Positions 28,118 to 39,766 are shown, numbered from the stretch's first letter. The stretch is DNA of 64,000 bases from Alphaproteobacteria bacterium (GCA_025210155.1 JAOASE010000011.1:12498-76497), one strand, 5' to 3'. Notes: generated by a model not told the origin, from the sequence alone. Numbers and translations are program-made.

Positions 28118-31102
28118 TTAGAACATATATTTACCTTTTAAGTATAAAGTATTTGAATCAAAGTTATCTCTACTTTCATTTTCATAATCGAAAGATACTT
28201 CATGACCTTTTTCATTTAAATAAGTTACACCAGCACCCATTCTTAAAATACTTCTACCCATATCTGGAGATGTATAGCTTGCTCCTGCTAAACCAGTTCC
28301 TCTAACCGTAGAATCTATAGCAAATGCATTATCACCCATTTCCCTAGCTAATTCAATTTTAGCAGTAGGCATTATAGTTCCATAATTATCAAGTTGGAAT
28401 ACATAACCAAAATCCATACCTAATGAAGCTTGGAAACTATCAAAACTAACACTTTCAACTGACAAATTGGCAGTACTTCCAGTTTCATCATAGGCATCTT
28501 GTTTTACATTGATATAAGAACCTTTAACAAATGGAGTTAATAACATTCTATCTTTATGAAGATAAACTTTGCCGACTGTCGCAGCAAGTGATATTTGAGT
28601 ACTATCATAATCTGCCGAAGCTATATCAGAACCAGTGTTTCTCTTTTGATCATAAGATCCAATACCATAACCAACAATAGCATCTAAGAACATTCTATCA
28701 TCCATTAAATAAGAACCATAAAGAGATAACTGTACTGAATCCATATCAGTCTCAAACGAGTTAAATTTACCTTCTGCATCACCCTTTGAATAAGTTAAAG
28801 ATACACCAGCTAACAATTCATTAGATAGCTTTTGATCATAACCAACGGTAATACCAAAACTATCTGAATCATAACCTGTAGAACTCAAACCATTGCTACC
28901 AGATTTTACAGCACCATCATAAGAATCTTTCTTAGAAGTTAGCTGCATCCAAACTCCATGTTTTTTATCTTTATCAATACCAAAAATATTTCCAGCATCA
29001 GACATAACAATAGCATCTAAAGAAGCAAATTGAGAATTTTCACTTAAAATATCATCATATTTTCTAGCCATTTGTCTTCCTTGAACAACATCAAGCACAG
29101 CAGCAGAGGCTGAAGCTGCAGAACTAACTGAAGATTGAAAAACACCACTTGAAGCTAAATCAACTTGAGCACCTTGGCCAGGATTAATAGCACCTGACTC
29201 TGTATCAAAAGTTGGAATTTCCGAGAATGTATAAATCAATTGATCCCCAGATCCATCATTATAAATAGACAAAGTACCATCAGCATTATAATTATTTATA
29301 TTCAATGTTAATTGTGTAAGATCATTTGAAATAGTATCTGCCTCAGCAACAACAAAAGTATCACCTATATTATAACTAGTTATAGCATCATAATCAGGAT
29401 TAATATTCAAAGTAACATTTGTAAAATTAAGAGCTGTTGTTCCAGAAGTTTGCATCAAAGCTCCGCTCTTATTATCCACTGTAAGAGATAAATTCATTGT
29501 AGAATCTGTAATATTCAAAGTCTCTGCTGAATTAACATTAATATTTTCAATAGTTGCATTAACAATATCTAAAGTATCAACACCTTCACCCATATCAATT
29601 TGATGAACTGATGATTTTAATTCTCCATTACCTGAATAAGTAAATGCATTATCAGAACCATAATACTCTATGGCAGAACCTAAAGTAGATTTAATTGAAC
29701 CATTATTAGTAAATAATCCTGTTATAAAAGATGTATCATCAACATAAACTGCTGTTTCAGCATTCATAGCACCAGAACTATAAGTGACATCACCTACAAC
29801 ACTTGAAGTTTCTTCAACTGCAAAAGCCTTAGAAACGATATTATCTGAAGCTGCAAGAGCTTTAATATTTCCAGATAATTGAACATTTCCACCAACACTA
29901 GACGTTTCTGTAATTTTAATAGCATCTGAATTAAGTTCTGCATCATCAGAGTTAGACTTAGAATATAAATCTGCATCAATAAAAAGACTTCCAGCCATAT
30001 TTGTATTTTTCATAATATAACCAAAAGAATCTCCTCCTGCAACCGAATATATAGATCCATCAAAATTAAGATCCCCATTTATAGTTGACCCAGAAAAATA
30101 AAATGATCTCGAATTCTCACCTGAAATAACTTCCATATCAGAATTTACATTAACATTATCAACCGTTAAACCATTTAATATAAAACCTGCTCCAGCCCCT
30201 GTCGCTTTAATATCAAAATCTCCAGTAAAATTTAAATCTCCAGTAACTGCCAAAGTAGGATGTGTCATAAATCCATAAGCACTACCACCAACAGATTTTA
30301 TATTAGAATTAAAAACTATATCTTCACCAATAGAACCTCTGTACATCCAAACTCCAGTAGCCAAACCTCCAGATCTAACTTCTATATTTCCATCATACAT
30401 AAATGAACCTAAAACATTTGTATCTCTAAGCATAATAGTATTTGCCTGATTTGAAACATTTTCAGTATAATAATTCCCAGAAAGTTTTAAATCTCCTTCA
30501 ATCCTAGTTCTATAAAAATAACTATTAACTATCCAATCTGTCCCCTTATAATCTAGATATGAATCTCCAACTAAAGTAACATCTCCTAAAATAGTAGCAC
30601 TAGAAAGAACTCTATTAAAATGACTCGCAGTAGAATCTTTTTTAGCACGAGCATTCATTTCACCTTCATAATAAATATTTCCATCTATATTAGTATTAAG
30701 AAATCTTATAAATGTATTACTTGCTAATATCGTTCCATCAGCATCAAAATCTTTATAAATATTTATATCTACATTTTCTCCATCTGTATCATTATTAAAT
30801 GTTCCTGATATAACTACTTCAGATAAAAAATCTCCAACACTAGAATCATCTTTTGAAAAAAGATTAATTGTATTAATATTTAATACTGCTTCATCTCCAT
30901 CCAAATGTACTTCTTCTACAAGACGACCTTTTTTTGTCTTTATTAAATTACAAACTCCATCAACACACTCTGCACTCATAACAACTTCAGAATTACTATT
31001 TTGTAAATCTCCTGAAGTCCCTAAGATCCATTCAATATCAGCTCTAGCATGACTAGAAAAAGCAAGTGATAAAAACACTGTATAAGTAGATATTTTTCTC
31101 AT
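28118..31102 (-). CDS. Type Va autotransporter, paralog 1 (994 aa)
   Basis: It has a signal peptide, a Gly/Asn/Asp-rich repetitive passenger (GD.N rungs), and a C-terminal beta-barrel with alternating hydrophobic strands ending YLKGKYMF. Confidence 0.8.
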   Translation of the reverse strand: MRKISTYTVFLSLAFSSHARADIEWILGTSGDLQNSNSEVVMSAECVDGVCNLIKTKKGRLVEEVHLDGDEAVLNINTINLFSKDDSSVGDFLSEVVISGTFNNDTDGENVDINIYKDFDADGTILASNTFIRFLNTNIDGNIYYEGEMNARAKKDSTASHFNRVLSSATILGDVTLVGDSYLDYKGTDWIVNSYFYRTRIEGDLKLSGNYYTENVSNQANTIMLRDTNVLGSFMYDGNIEVRSGGLATGVWMYRGSIGEDIVFNSNIKSVGGSAYGFMTHPTLAVTGDLNFTGDFDIKATGAGAGFILNGLTVDNVNVNSDMEVISGENSRSFYFSGSTINGDLNFDGSIYSVAGGDSFGYIMKNTNMAGSLFIDADLYSKSNSDDAELNSDAIKITETSSVGGNVQLSGNIKALAASDNIVSKAFAVEETSSVVGDVTYSSGAMNAETAVYVDDTSFITGLFTNNGSIKSTLGSAIEYYGSDNAFTYSGNGELKSSVHQIDMGEGVDTLDIVNATIENINVNSAETLNITDSTMNLSLTVDNKSGALMQTSGTTALNFTNVTLNINPDYDAITSYNIGDTFVVAEADTISNDLTQLTLNINNYNADGTLSIYNDGSGDQLIYTFSEIPTFDTESGAINPGQGAQVDLASSGVFQSSVSSAASASAAVLDVVQGRQMARKYDDILSENSQFASLDAIVMSDAGNIFGIDKDKKHGVWMQLTSKKDSYDGAVKSGSNGLSSTGYDSDSFGITVGYDQKLSNELLAGVSLTYSKGDAEGKFNSFETDMDSVQLSLYGSYLMDDRMFLDAIVGYGIGSYDQKRNTGSDIASADYDSTQISLAATVGKVYLHKDRMLLTPFVKGSYINVKQDAYDETGSTANLSVESVSFDSFQASLGMDFGYVFQLDNYGTIMPTAKIELAREMGDNAFAIDSTVRGTGLAGASYTSPDMGRSILRMGAGVTYLNEKGHEVSFDYENESRDNFDSNTLYLKGKYMF

Positions 31103-31180
31103 AAAATCTCTCCAATTTTATTAAAATATAAAACTATGTTAACATAATTTTATAGTAAAAACAACTATTAAGATATATTA

Positions 31181-31211
31181 GAAAAATAAATAAGCTCTCA
31201 ACAGAGAGCTT
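31181..31211 (-). terminator. Terminator after autotransporter 2
   Basis: AAGCTCTC-tgtt-GAGAGCTT is followed by ATTTATTTTT on the minus strand. Confidence 0.55.
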
Positions 31212-31238
31212 ATCTACTAATTCAAAACCTTTTAAAAA

Positions 31239-34145
31239 TTAGAACATATATTTACCTTTTAAGTATAAAGTATTTGAATCAAAATTATCTCTACTTTCAT
31301 TTTCATAATCGAAAGATATTTCATGACCTTTTTCATTTAGATAAGTTACACCAGCTCCCATTCTCAAAATACTTCTACCCATATCTGGAGATGTATAATT
31401 AGCACCTGCCAAACCAGTACCTCTAACTGTTGAATCTATAGCAAATGCATTGTCCGCCATTTCTCTAGCCAACTCAATCTTAGCTGTAGGCATTATAGTT
31501 CCATAATTATCAAGTTGGAACACATAACCAAAATCCATACCTAATGAAGCTTGAAAACTATCAAAACTTACACTTTCAACTGACAAGTTGGCAGTACTTC
31601 CAGTTTCATCATAAGCATCTTGTTTCACATTAATATAAGAACCTTTAACAAATGGCGTTAATAACATTCTATCACCATGAACATAAACTTTACCAACTGT
31701 TGCGGCTAAAGATAACTGAGTACTATCATAGTCAGCTTTCGCAATATCAGAACCAGTATTTCTCTTTTGATCGTAAGATCCAATACCATATCCAACAATA
31801 GCATCTACAAAAGTTCTATCATCCATAAGATAAGAACCATAAAATGAAAGTTGTAATGAATCCATATCAGTCTCAAACGAATTGGAACTTCCTTCAGCTT
31901 CTCCTATCGAATAAGTTAAAGACACACCAGCCAACAACTCTTTAGATAATTTTTGATCATAACCAACCGTAATACCAAAACTATCTGAATCATACCCTGT
32001 AGAACTTAAACCATTATTACCAGATTTAACGGCTCCATCATAAGAATCTTTCTTAGAAGTTAACTGCATCCAAACTCCATTCTTTTTCTCTTCATCTATA
32101 CCTAAAATATTTCCGGCATCAGACATAATTACTGCATCCAATGAAGCTAATTGAGAATTTTCACTTAAAATGTCATCATACTTTCTAGCCATTTGCCTTC
32201 CTTGAACAACATCAAGAACTGCCGCTGATACAGCCGCTGCTGAAGTAACTGAAGATTGGAAAACTCCACTTGAAGTTAAATCAACTTGAGCTCCTTGCCC
32301 TGGATTTATAGCACCAGAGTCATCATCAAAAACTGGAGCTTCTGCAAATGTATAAATCAACTGATCTCCAGAACCATCATTATAAATAGAAATTGTTCCA
32401 TCAGCATCATAATTATTAATATTTAAAGTCAATTCTGAAAGATCACTTGAAATTGTATCTGCCTCAGCAATCACAAAATATTCGCCACCTTCATAAGAAG
32501 TTATAGTAGCATAATCAGCATTAATATTTAAAGTAGTATTAGTAAAGTTCAGCGATGTTGTTCCAGTAATTTGCATTAAAGAACTATCTTTAGTATCAGC
32601 ATTTAATGTTAAATTCATAGTAGAATCTGTAATATTCAAAGTCTCTGCAGAGTTAACACTAATGTTATCAATCTTAGCATTAATAATATTTAAAGTATCA
32701 TCACCATCTGCCATCTCAAATTGATAAGTAGAAGAAATCAATTCACCATCACCAGTATAAGTTAATTCATTATCAGAACCGTAATAATCAATTGCAGGTC
32801 CATCTAACCCTTCAATAATACCTGCATTATTTATTTTACCTGTCATGCTAGCTGTAGGAGCAACTGTAATTCCCTTATCTGCATAAATTTCACCTGTTAC
32901 ATTAATATCTCCATTTAGGGAAGCTGTATTTGCAACATAAACACCTGCAGAAGAAACTGTTTCAGACGGTTTAAAAGATTCGATAACAGAAGCTATATTT
33001 AAATCTCCATTTAACACTGAAGCCCCTCTTAAATATATAGCATTAGAATATCCAGAATCTCCTTCTGATATTAAATACATATCAGATCCTATATTAATAT
33101 CTCCATTAATAGTCGCATCTCTTACCACAACACCAGATACATAAGGAGCATACAAATCCATAGTTCCATCAATATTTAAATCACCAGTCATAGTTGAATT
33201 TCTCATATGAAATCCAAAACCTCCTAGAACCCCTTTTCCAACTATATTTGTATCAAAGTTCATTCCTTGTGTATTTGCATCATCAAAATTTATTCCAACA
33301 AAACCACCTTTTTCAGAATAAAGATTCATATCACCTGTATAATTATAAGAACCATTAAAATTAATTTTTGTCCAATAATAAAGGCCATAAGAAAGGCTTT
33401 TATTTGATTGAATATCAAAATCAACATTAATATTATGATCGCCATTAACTGTTAAAGTATGTCCAAATATACCAAAAGCAGAATTTCCACTTGCTGGATT
33501 ATGCCCAATAGTTTTAATATCACCTTCAATATTAATATTGTTATCAATAATACTATTATATAATAAAATACCAATATCTCTATCATCATAAGCTACTACT
33601 TCAAAGCTACCTTTTATAGATAAATCCTCCCCTATATTAGAATCTTCTAAATAAAAAGCATAAACTTCGTTTCTCTCATGATCCGTAACTATACTACCTT
33701 CATAACTTAAGCTTCCATCCAAAATAAAATCATTAAAAGTTAAAACACCTGTACCATCTGTATAATCTCCTGAATTATTAATATCTCCATAAATATTCAT
33801 ATCAAGATTGATACCATCTGTTACATTAGTATAAGAACCTGTAACATAAACAGGACTTTTTATTGCATCCGTATCAGATAAATATTTACCCTTATAACCA
33901 TACAAATTAACTTCCGTAATATCTGTTACAGCTACATCACCTGTCAAGGTAAGTTTCTCATCGATAGCTTCATCAATAACTTTTGTTAAATCACAAACAC
34001 CATCTGCACAATTTGCAGTAATAACTGTCTTACCTGTACTATCCTGTAATTCACCAGAAGTACCTAAAGTCCAATTTACATCTGCATAAACATTTCCTAC
34101 TGAAATTAACGACAAAACAATCGTATACAACGATATTTTTTTCAT
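31239..34145 (-). CDS. Type Va autotransporter, paralog 2 (968 aa)
   Basis: The architecture matches paralog 1. The C-terminal ~470 aa are nearly identical to paralog 1 and the N-terminal passenger is divergent. Confidence 0.8.
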   Translation of the reverse strand: MKKISLYTIVLSLISVGNVYADVNWTLGTSGELQDSTGKTVITANCADGVCDLTKVIDEAIDEKLTLTGDVAVTDITEVNLYGYKGKYLSDTDAIKSPVYVTGSYTNVTDGINLDMNIYGDINNSGDYTDGTGVLTFNDFILDGSLSYEGSIVTDHERNEVYAFYLEDSNIGEDLSIKGSFEVVAYDDRDIGILLYNSIIDNNINIEGDIKTIGHNPASGNSAFGIFGHTLTVNGDHNINVDFDIQSNKSLSYGLYYWTKINFNGSYNYTGDMNLYSEKGGFVGINFDDANTQGMNFDTNIVGKGVLGGFGFHMRNSTMTGDLNIDGTMDLYAPYVSGVVVRDATINGDINIGSDMYLISEGDSGYSNAIYLRGASVLNGDLNIASVIESFKPSETVSSAGVYVANTASLNGDINVTGEIYADKGITVAPTASMTGKINNAGIIEGLDGPAIDYYGSDNELTYTGDGELISSTYQFEMADGDDTLNIINAKIDNISVNSAETLNITDSTMNLTLNADTKDSSLMQITGTTSLNFTNTTLNINADYATITSYEGGEYFVIAEADTISSDLSELTLNINNYDADGTISIYNDGSGDQLIYTFAEAPVFDDDSGAINPGQGAQVDLTSSGVFQSSVTSAAAVSAAVLDVVQGRQMARKYDDILSENSQLASLDAVIMSDAGNILGIDEEKKNGVWMQLTSKKDSYDGAVKSGNNGLSSTGYDSDSFGITVGYDQKLSKELLAGVSLTYSIGEAEGSSNSFETDMDSLQLSFYGSYLMDDRTFVDAIVGYGIGSYDQKRNTGSDIAKADYDSTQLSLAATVGKVYVHGDRMLLTPFVKGSYINVKQDAYDETGSTANLSVESVSFDSFQASLGMDFGYVFQLDNYGTIMPTAKIELAREMADNAFAIDSTVRGTGLAGANYTSPDMGRSILRMGAGVTYLNEKGHEISFDYENESRDNFDSNTLYLKGKYMF

Positions 34146-34245
34146 AAAAACTCTCCAATTCCCTTGATAATATAAAATTAATATATCACAAAAACAAATT
34201 TAAAACAAGAATTTAAAACTCTAAAATACAAGCTGACATTTAAAA

Positions 34246-34271
34246 AGCCCCCTATCGGGAGCTCTTTTTTT
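34246..34271. terminator. Hairpin terminator after autotransporter 3
   Basis: AGCCCCC-tatc-GGGAGCT with flanking A and T runs. It is a near copy of the 28069 hairpin. Confidence 0.6.
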
Positions 34272-34293
34272 AAGATAATATCTTCTTTTAAAT

Positions 34294-37200
34294 TTAGAAC
34301 ATATATTTACCTTTTATATAAATACTATTTGAGTCAAAATTCTCTCTAATTTCTTTTTCAAAATCGAAAGACATTTGATGACCTTCTTTATTTATATAAC
34401 TCATACCTAATCCAGTTCTTAAAATATTTCTACCCATATCTGGAGAGGTAAATGAAGTTCCCGCTAAACCTGTACTTAAAATAGTAGTATCAATCGGCAA
34501 AGCATTATCACCCATTTCATTAGCATATTCTAAATTAATATGAGGTATTAATTGTTCACCTTGTTCTGTTTCAAACAAATAAGAGAATTCAACACCTGCA
34601 CCTAATTGGAATGACTCCATATTAACAGACTCTACATGCAAATTATTAGCACTTCCTTTTTCATCATAACTATCTTGATTAACAGTTATATAAGTACTCT
34701 TAACAAATGGCATCCAAAACATATTATCCCCATCTTGATAAATAGTTCCATAATTCAATTGTAAAGATAATTGATCAGAATCATAATCTGCACTAGCAAT
34801 ATCTGTACCAGTATTTCTCTTTTGATCATAAGAACCAAAACCATAAGATAAAATACCATCTAAGAAACTATCATCTTCCATCTTATAAGTTCCATATAAA
34901 GCTAATTGAACCGATGTCATATCTGTAACAAAAGAATTATTGTTTCCATCAACATCGCCAGATGCATAACTTAATGCAAAACCAGCTAAAATATCTTCAT
35001 CTATCTTAGTATCATAACCAACAGTAACACCAGTTGAAGATGAATCATATCCAGCTGAAGTAATATTATTTTTAGCAGCATTCAAAGCTCCATCATAATT
35101 ATCACTTTGAGACATAATTTGTAACCAAACACCACTATCTTTTTCATCATCAAAATCAATCATTGATGCTACGTCAGAAGTAACATGAAATGCCATAGCA
35201 AATTGATTTTCTTCATAGAACTCTTTCTTCTTCTGAGCAACTTGTCTGTCTTGAACAATTCCCATAGTAACTGAAGAATTAGACACTGCCGAACTTAAAG
35301 AGGAAGCAGCACCACTAACAGCCGTAGCAACGTCAACTTGAACAGCTTGAACAGGACTTATAGCTTCAGTAGATTCAAAGAAAGGAGTTTCATCAAAAGT
35401 GAAAACAAGTTCGTTTCCAACTAATTGTAAAGTCCCATCAATATTATAATTTTCAATATCAAATGTTAAAGAAGATAAATCAGAACCCGATGCATCTGCT
35501 GTTGAAATAACAAGATTATCACCTTTTTCAAAAGAAGTAATCGCACTATACTCAGCAGTAGTGTCCATATTTGTATCTCTCATAGTCAAAGTAGTAGTAC
35601 CATCTAAGTTCATAAGAGAAGTATCTTTATTATCCATTGTTAAATATAAATCCAAATCAGACGCAGATATATTAACCGTTTCAGCAGATAATGTTGATGG
35701 CATATCAGCATGAACATTAGTCATATTTAAAACATCATCACCTTCCCCCATATCTATATCATAAGTAGCACTACTTAATTTACCATTACCGGAATAATCA
35801 AAAACATTATCTGAACCATAATATTCTATAGCCGAAGATTTAGATGCTGTAACAATTCCATTATTATTAAATTTACCTGTTAAATAAGCTGTATCATCAA
35901 ATACAATACCTTTTTCAGCACTAATTTCCCCTGTTAAATTTATATCGCCATCTATAAAAGATCCACTTTGTACAAACATACCTCTAGTTAAAGTGTCTGA
36001 AGCATCTTCAATTATAATATCTCCACTTATATTTAAGTCATCCAAAACCTTAGCATTAGAATAAAGATAAATACCATATATATAACCTGTCGGTTCTGTT
36101 TTTACAGAATTTAATTTAATATTACCTGAAAGATTAATCCCTTTATCAAAAGTAAAAGATTCCGCAATAACACCAAAGCTATAATCACCTCTAGCAGTTA
36201 TATCAGCATCACCTAAAATATTCACATCTCCAGTAGCAGAACCTCTTCTAAAATAATATGCATAAGCATTAACACCATTACCATTAAAATCACCTGCCAA
36301 TGTAAAATTCGTAAAATTAGAATTATAAATATATAAACCCATAACAGCACTATTTCTAGCTTCATAATTAACTGTACCATCGAAATAAAAATCTCCATTA
36401 AAAGTACTAGTTTGTAACATCAAAGGATAAGCATATTTATTTTCAGAAAAGATATCCATATTCATATGTAGATTTACATCTCCATTAAATGTAGTATTTG
36501 CCGGATAAAATCCAGCGCCTGTTAATTCTGACTTCATTTTCACATCAGCTACTACATTAACATCTCCATCGATAACACTATTATTGTTTAAATGAATTCC
36601 ATTTGCATTATTTGCAGTAGAAGTCAAATCCATATTTGACTTAATATCTATATCTCCAGCTAAATCAAGAGTTGAAAAGAAAATTCCTGTAGCGTGCATA
36701 GAAGCTTCAGCAACTATATCAGATTTAACATTAACATTCCCATTCACAGTAGAATCTTCAAGTAAAAAACCTGCAGCTCTATTATTACTAGATGCTATAT
36801 CAAAATTTCCATAACTATTTACATCCCCTTCAACAGTAGATTGATAAATAGCAAAACCATAATGTTTATTACCAGTAGCATTATATCCAACATCACCATA
36901 CATAGAAACATTTCCATCTACTATAGCATTTTCAAAAGAAACTCCTTGTCTTTCCCCTCCAGTAAAATCTCCATCAAAAAATAAATCAGCATAAATATTT
37001 ATATCAACATTCTCACCGACAGTATCATTCGTAAATTCACCAGTTAGAAACAAAGTTTTTTTAAGATCTGTGGTTTCAACTAAATTCTTTCCATCAACAC
37101 CGTTAATATTAATTACTTTAACATCTTTAACAACTGCATCTCCATTTAATGTCAATTGCTCCGTAATCAAAGTATCACCAACTTTATTTAAATTACATAC

Positions 37201-37347
37201 TCCATCAGTGCATTCCATATTAGCAACTACCGTGGCTTCACTGTTCTGCAAATCACCTGTAGTTCCCAACGTCCAAGAAACTTCCGCATTAGAATTTCCA
37301 GTAAATGCCATAGATAATAAAATAGTATAGAATGATACTTTTCTCAT
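34294..37347 (-). CDS. Type Va autotransporter, paralog 3 (1017 aa)
   Basis: The architecture matches the other two paralogs and the barrel ends YIKGKYMF. It is more divergent than the paralog 1/2 pair. Confidence 0.8.
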   Translation of the reverse strand: MRKVSFYTILLSMAFTGNSNAEVSWTLGTTGDLQNSEATVVANMECTDGVCNLNKVGDTLITEQLTLNGDAVVKDVKVININGVDGKNLVETTDLKKTLFLTGEFTNDTVGENVDINIYADLFFDGDFTGGERQGVSFENAIVDGNVSMYGDVGYNATGNKHYGFAIYQSTVEGDVNSYGNFDIASSNNRAAGFLLEDSTVNGNVNVKSDIVAEASMHATGIFFSTLDLAGDIDIKSNMDLTSTANNANGIHLNNNSVIDGDVNVVADVKMKSELTGAGFYPANTTFNGDVNLHMNMDIFSENKYAYPLMLQTSTFNGDFYFDGTVNYEARNSAVMGLYIYNSNFTNFTLAGDFNGNGVNAYAYYFRRGSATGDVNILGDADITARGDYSFGVIAESFTFDKGINLSGNIKLNSVKTEPTGYIYGIYLYSNAKVLDDLNISGDIIIEDASDTLTRGMFVQSGSFIDGDINLTGEISAEKGIVFDDTAYLTGKFNNNGIVTASKSSAIEYYGSDNVFDYSGNGKLSSATYDIDMGEGDDVLNMTNVHADMPSTLSAETVNISASDLDLYLTMDNKDTSLMNLDGTTTLTMRDTNMDTTAEYSAITSFEKGDNLVISTADASGSDLSSLTFDIENYNIDGTLQLVGNELVFTFDETPFFESTEAISPVQAVQVDVATAVSGAASSLSSAVSNSSVTMGIVQDRQVAQKKKEFYEENQFAMAFHVTSDVASMIDFDDEKDSGVWLQIMSQSDNYDGALNAAKNNITSAGYDSSSTGVTVGYDTKIDEDILAGFALSYASGDVDGNNNSFVTDMTSVQLALYGTYKMEDDSFLDGILSYGFGSYDQKRNTGTDIASADYDSDQLSLQLNYGTIYQDGDNMFWMPFVKSTYITVNQDSYDEKGSANNLHVESVNMESFQLGAGVEFSYLFETEQGEQLIPHINLEYANEMGDNALPIDTTILSTGLAGTSFTSPDMGRNILRTGLGMSYINKEGHQMSFDFEKEIRENFDSNSIYIKGKYMF

Positions 37348-37414
37348 AAAACCTCTCCGAATGTATTGATAATTTCAAAAGATAATATCATAAATCAGAG
37401 ACTAAAACAAGAAT

Positions 37415-38641
37415 TTAAAGTTGCGAAACCCCACTTTTTATAGCCGCGTCAGAAACTGCCACCGCTATTCTTGGCAACAACCTATCATCAAAAGGTTTCG
37501 GCAAAATATAATTTCTACCAAATTCCATACCTTCCCAACTATAAAGTTCTTTAATCTTTTCAGACACTTCCTCTCTTGCCAACTCAGCCAAAGCATATAC
37601 CGCAGCCTTCTTCATAGGCAAATTAATTTCACTCGCTCTCACATCAAGAGCCCCTCTAAATATATAAGGGATACACAAAACATTATTTATCTGATTATTA
37701 TAATCTGACCTACCAGTAGCAATAATTACATCATCTCTAGTCTCTAAAGCAATTTCCGGAAGAATCTCAGGATCAGGATTTGCACAAGCAAACACAATAG
37801 GATCTTTTGCCATAGTTTTCAACATACTAGGTTTTAAAACTCCACCTCTAGAAAGTCCTAAAAACACATCAGCATTTTTAACAGCATCTTCCAAGGTTCT
37901 ATCATCTGTTTTAACTACATATTTTTTCTTATACTTATTCATCCCCTCTTCTCTTCCAGAATAAATAACCCCTTTAGAATCTACAACTTTAATATTTTTC
38001 TTTTTAACTCCCAACTCTACCATCAAATCAATACATGCCAAAGCTGCTGCACCTGCTCCAGAAACCACAATTTTTACTTTACCAATATCCTTTTCAACTA
38101 ATTTCAAAGAATTAATTAAAGCAGCAGAAGTAACTATAGCCGTCCCATGTTGGTCATCATGAAAAACAGGAATATTCATTTCCTTTTGCAATTTCTTTTC
38201 TATTTCAAAACATTCAGGAGATTTTATATCTTCCAAATTTATACCAGAAAAAGTAGGCTCCATAACTTTCACAGCATTCACAAATTCTTTAACATTATTT
38301 GTATCCAACTCTAAATCAACAGCATCAACATTTCCAAACTTCTTAAAAAGAATAGCCTTACCTTCCATAACAGGTTTAGATGCCAAAGCACCAATATTTC
38401 CTAAACCTAAAACAGCTGTACCATTACTTATTACAGCAACAAGATTTCCCTTACCAGTATATTCATAAGCATTCTTAGGATCTTTCTTAATTTCTAAACA
38501 AGGAGCTGCAACTCCTGGAGAATAAGCTAAAGACAAATCATTAGTAACCTCAAGAGACTTAGTCAAACAAATCTCCAACTTACCTGGCTTACCAGCTCTG
38601 TGCATCTTTAAAGAATCTTTGTATATTTTGCTACTATTCAT
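37415..38641 (-). CDS. NAD(P)-dependent malic enzyme (short form, no PTA domain)
   Basis: Motifs seen: LSLAYSPGVA, FHDDQHGTAIV, and the Rossmann motif VSGAGAAA. Confidence 0.85.
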   Translation of the reverse strand: MNSSKIYKDSLKMHRAGKPGKLEICLTKSLEVTNDLSLAYSPGVAAPCLEIKKDPKNAYEYTGKGNLVAVISNGTAVLGLGNIGALASKPVMEGKAILFKKFGNVDAVDLELDTNNVKEFVNAVKVMEPTFSGINLEDIKSPECFEIEKKLQKEMNIPVFHDDQHGTAIVTSAALINSLKLVEKDIGKVKIVVSGAGAAALACIDLMVELGVKKKNIKVVDSKGVIYSGREEGMNKYKKKYVVKTDDRTLEDAVKNADVFLGLSRGGVLKPSMLKTMAKDPIVFACANPDPEILPEIALETRDDVIIATGRSDYNNQINNVLCIPYIFRGALDVRASEINLPMKKAAVYALAELAREEVSEKIKELYSWEGMEFGRNYILPKPFDDRLLPRIAVAVSDAAIKSGVSQL

Positions 38642-38836
38642 ATTGCCTCCAAACTTTTCTTAACAAGAAAATTATAAGCCTATAAAAATAACAATCAATT
38701 CAATCAATATTTCAATTCCCCGTATAAAAAGTGAACTCAATTTTACTAACAAACAACCTTTTTATATAGACACATTAAAAATAAACTTTTATAAAATATA
38801 TATACCCTAATTCAATAATAAAAATAAGGTATTAAT

Positions 38837-39766
38837 ATGGAATACGGATTATGTTGTTTATTTTATAAAGAACCAATAAAATTCAAAAGCTACACCTACG
38901 CTAACATTAAAAAAATAGAAAAAGAAAATGGAATTAAATCAGCTAGAAAAAAAGTTACAGAAATATGGAAACATAATATTAAAACATTACAACAGGCAAT
39001 CAACTATTGTAAAAATAACGACATAAAAAGTTATAGAGTAAGCAGTGATCTATTCCCTCAATTTGATAAAGTCATAAAAGATGGAATAATAGAAAAAAGC
39101 TTTTTAAAAACTATAACAAAAGAATTATCCAAAATTAATAGTTACGATATTATTTTATCAATGCACCCAGGACAACATGTTAACATCGGGAGTCCTAATA
39201 AAGATGTTGTTAAAAATAGCATACAAGATTTAAAATATCATTTCTTCGTAGCAAAGCCACTTAACTGCAAAGAAATCAACATCCATATTGGAGGAAGTTA
39301 TGGAGATAAAAAAGCTTCATTAAAAAGATTTATATCTAACATAAAAAAGTACCTAACAAAAAAAGAATTAAATTTGATAACAATTGAAAATGACGAACTA
39401 AATTATAGCATAAAAGATACTTATGAAACTGCTAAAAAATTAGGTATCAGATGTATATACGATATACATCACCAAAGATGTTTTGAACTAAAATATCCAA
39501 AAGATGGTAATGAAAAAGAATACTTTAAATGGGCAAAAGAAACTTGGAAAAATTATGACTATCAAAGAATTCATATTTCAACACCAAGAGATGGATACAC
39601 TACCCAATCAAAATCCAGACCGCACCACGATTTCATAAATAAAAATGAGTTTCCTGATTGGATATTAAAAATAAAAAATCTACACGTAGACATAGAAGCT
39701 AAGGCAAAAGAAATCGCAATCAAAAAATTACAAAAAGATAATTTAAAAAAAACAGAATTTAAGTAA
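38837..39766 (+). CDS. uvdE: UV damage endonuclease
   Basis: Motifs seen: INIHIGGSYGDK, ENDE, YDIHH, SRPHHDFI, and DIEAKAKE. These match the UvdE/UvsE pattern recalled from Bacillus UvsE. Confidence 0.8.
   Translation: MEYGLCCLFYKEPIKFKSYTYANIKKIEKENGIKSARKKVTEIWKHNIKTLQQAINYCKNNDIKSYRVSSDLFPQFDKVIKDGIIEKSFLKTITKELSKINSYDIILSMHPGQHVNIGSPNKDVVKNSIQDLKYHFFVAKPLNCKEINIHIGGSYGDKKASLKRFISNIKKYLTKKELNLITIENDELNYSIKDTYETAKKLGIRCIYDIHHQRCFELKYPKDGNEKEYFKWAKETWKNYDYQRIHISTPRDGYTTQSKSRPHHDFINKNEFPDWILKIKNLHVDIEAKAKEIAIKKLQKDNLKKTEFK

Noticed and set aside
28118-37347. Autotransporter array as a contact-dependent inhibition or polymorphic toxin locus.
   Set aside because: There is no TpsB/CdiB-type transporter, no small immunity ORFs after the genes and no variable C-terminal toxin tips. 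The C-termini are the conserved barrel, and the variation is N-terminal.
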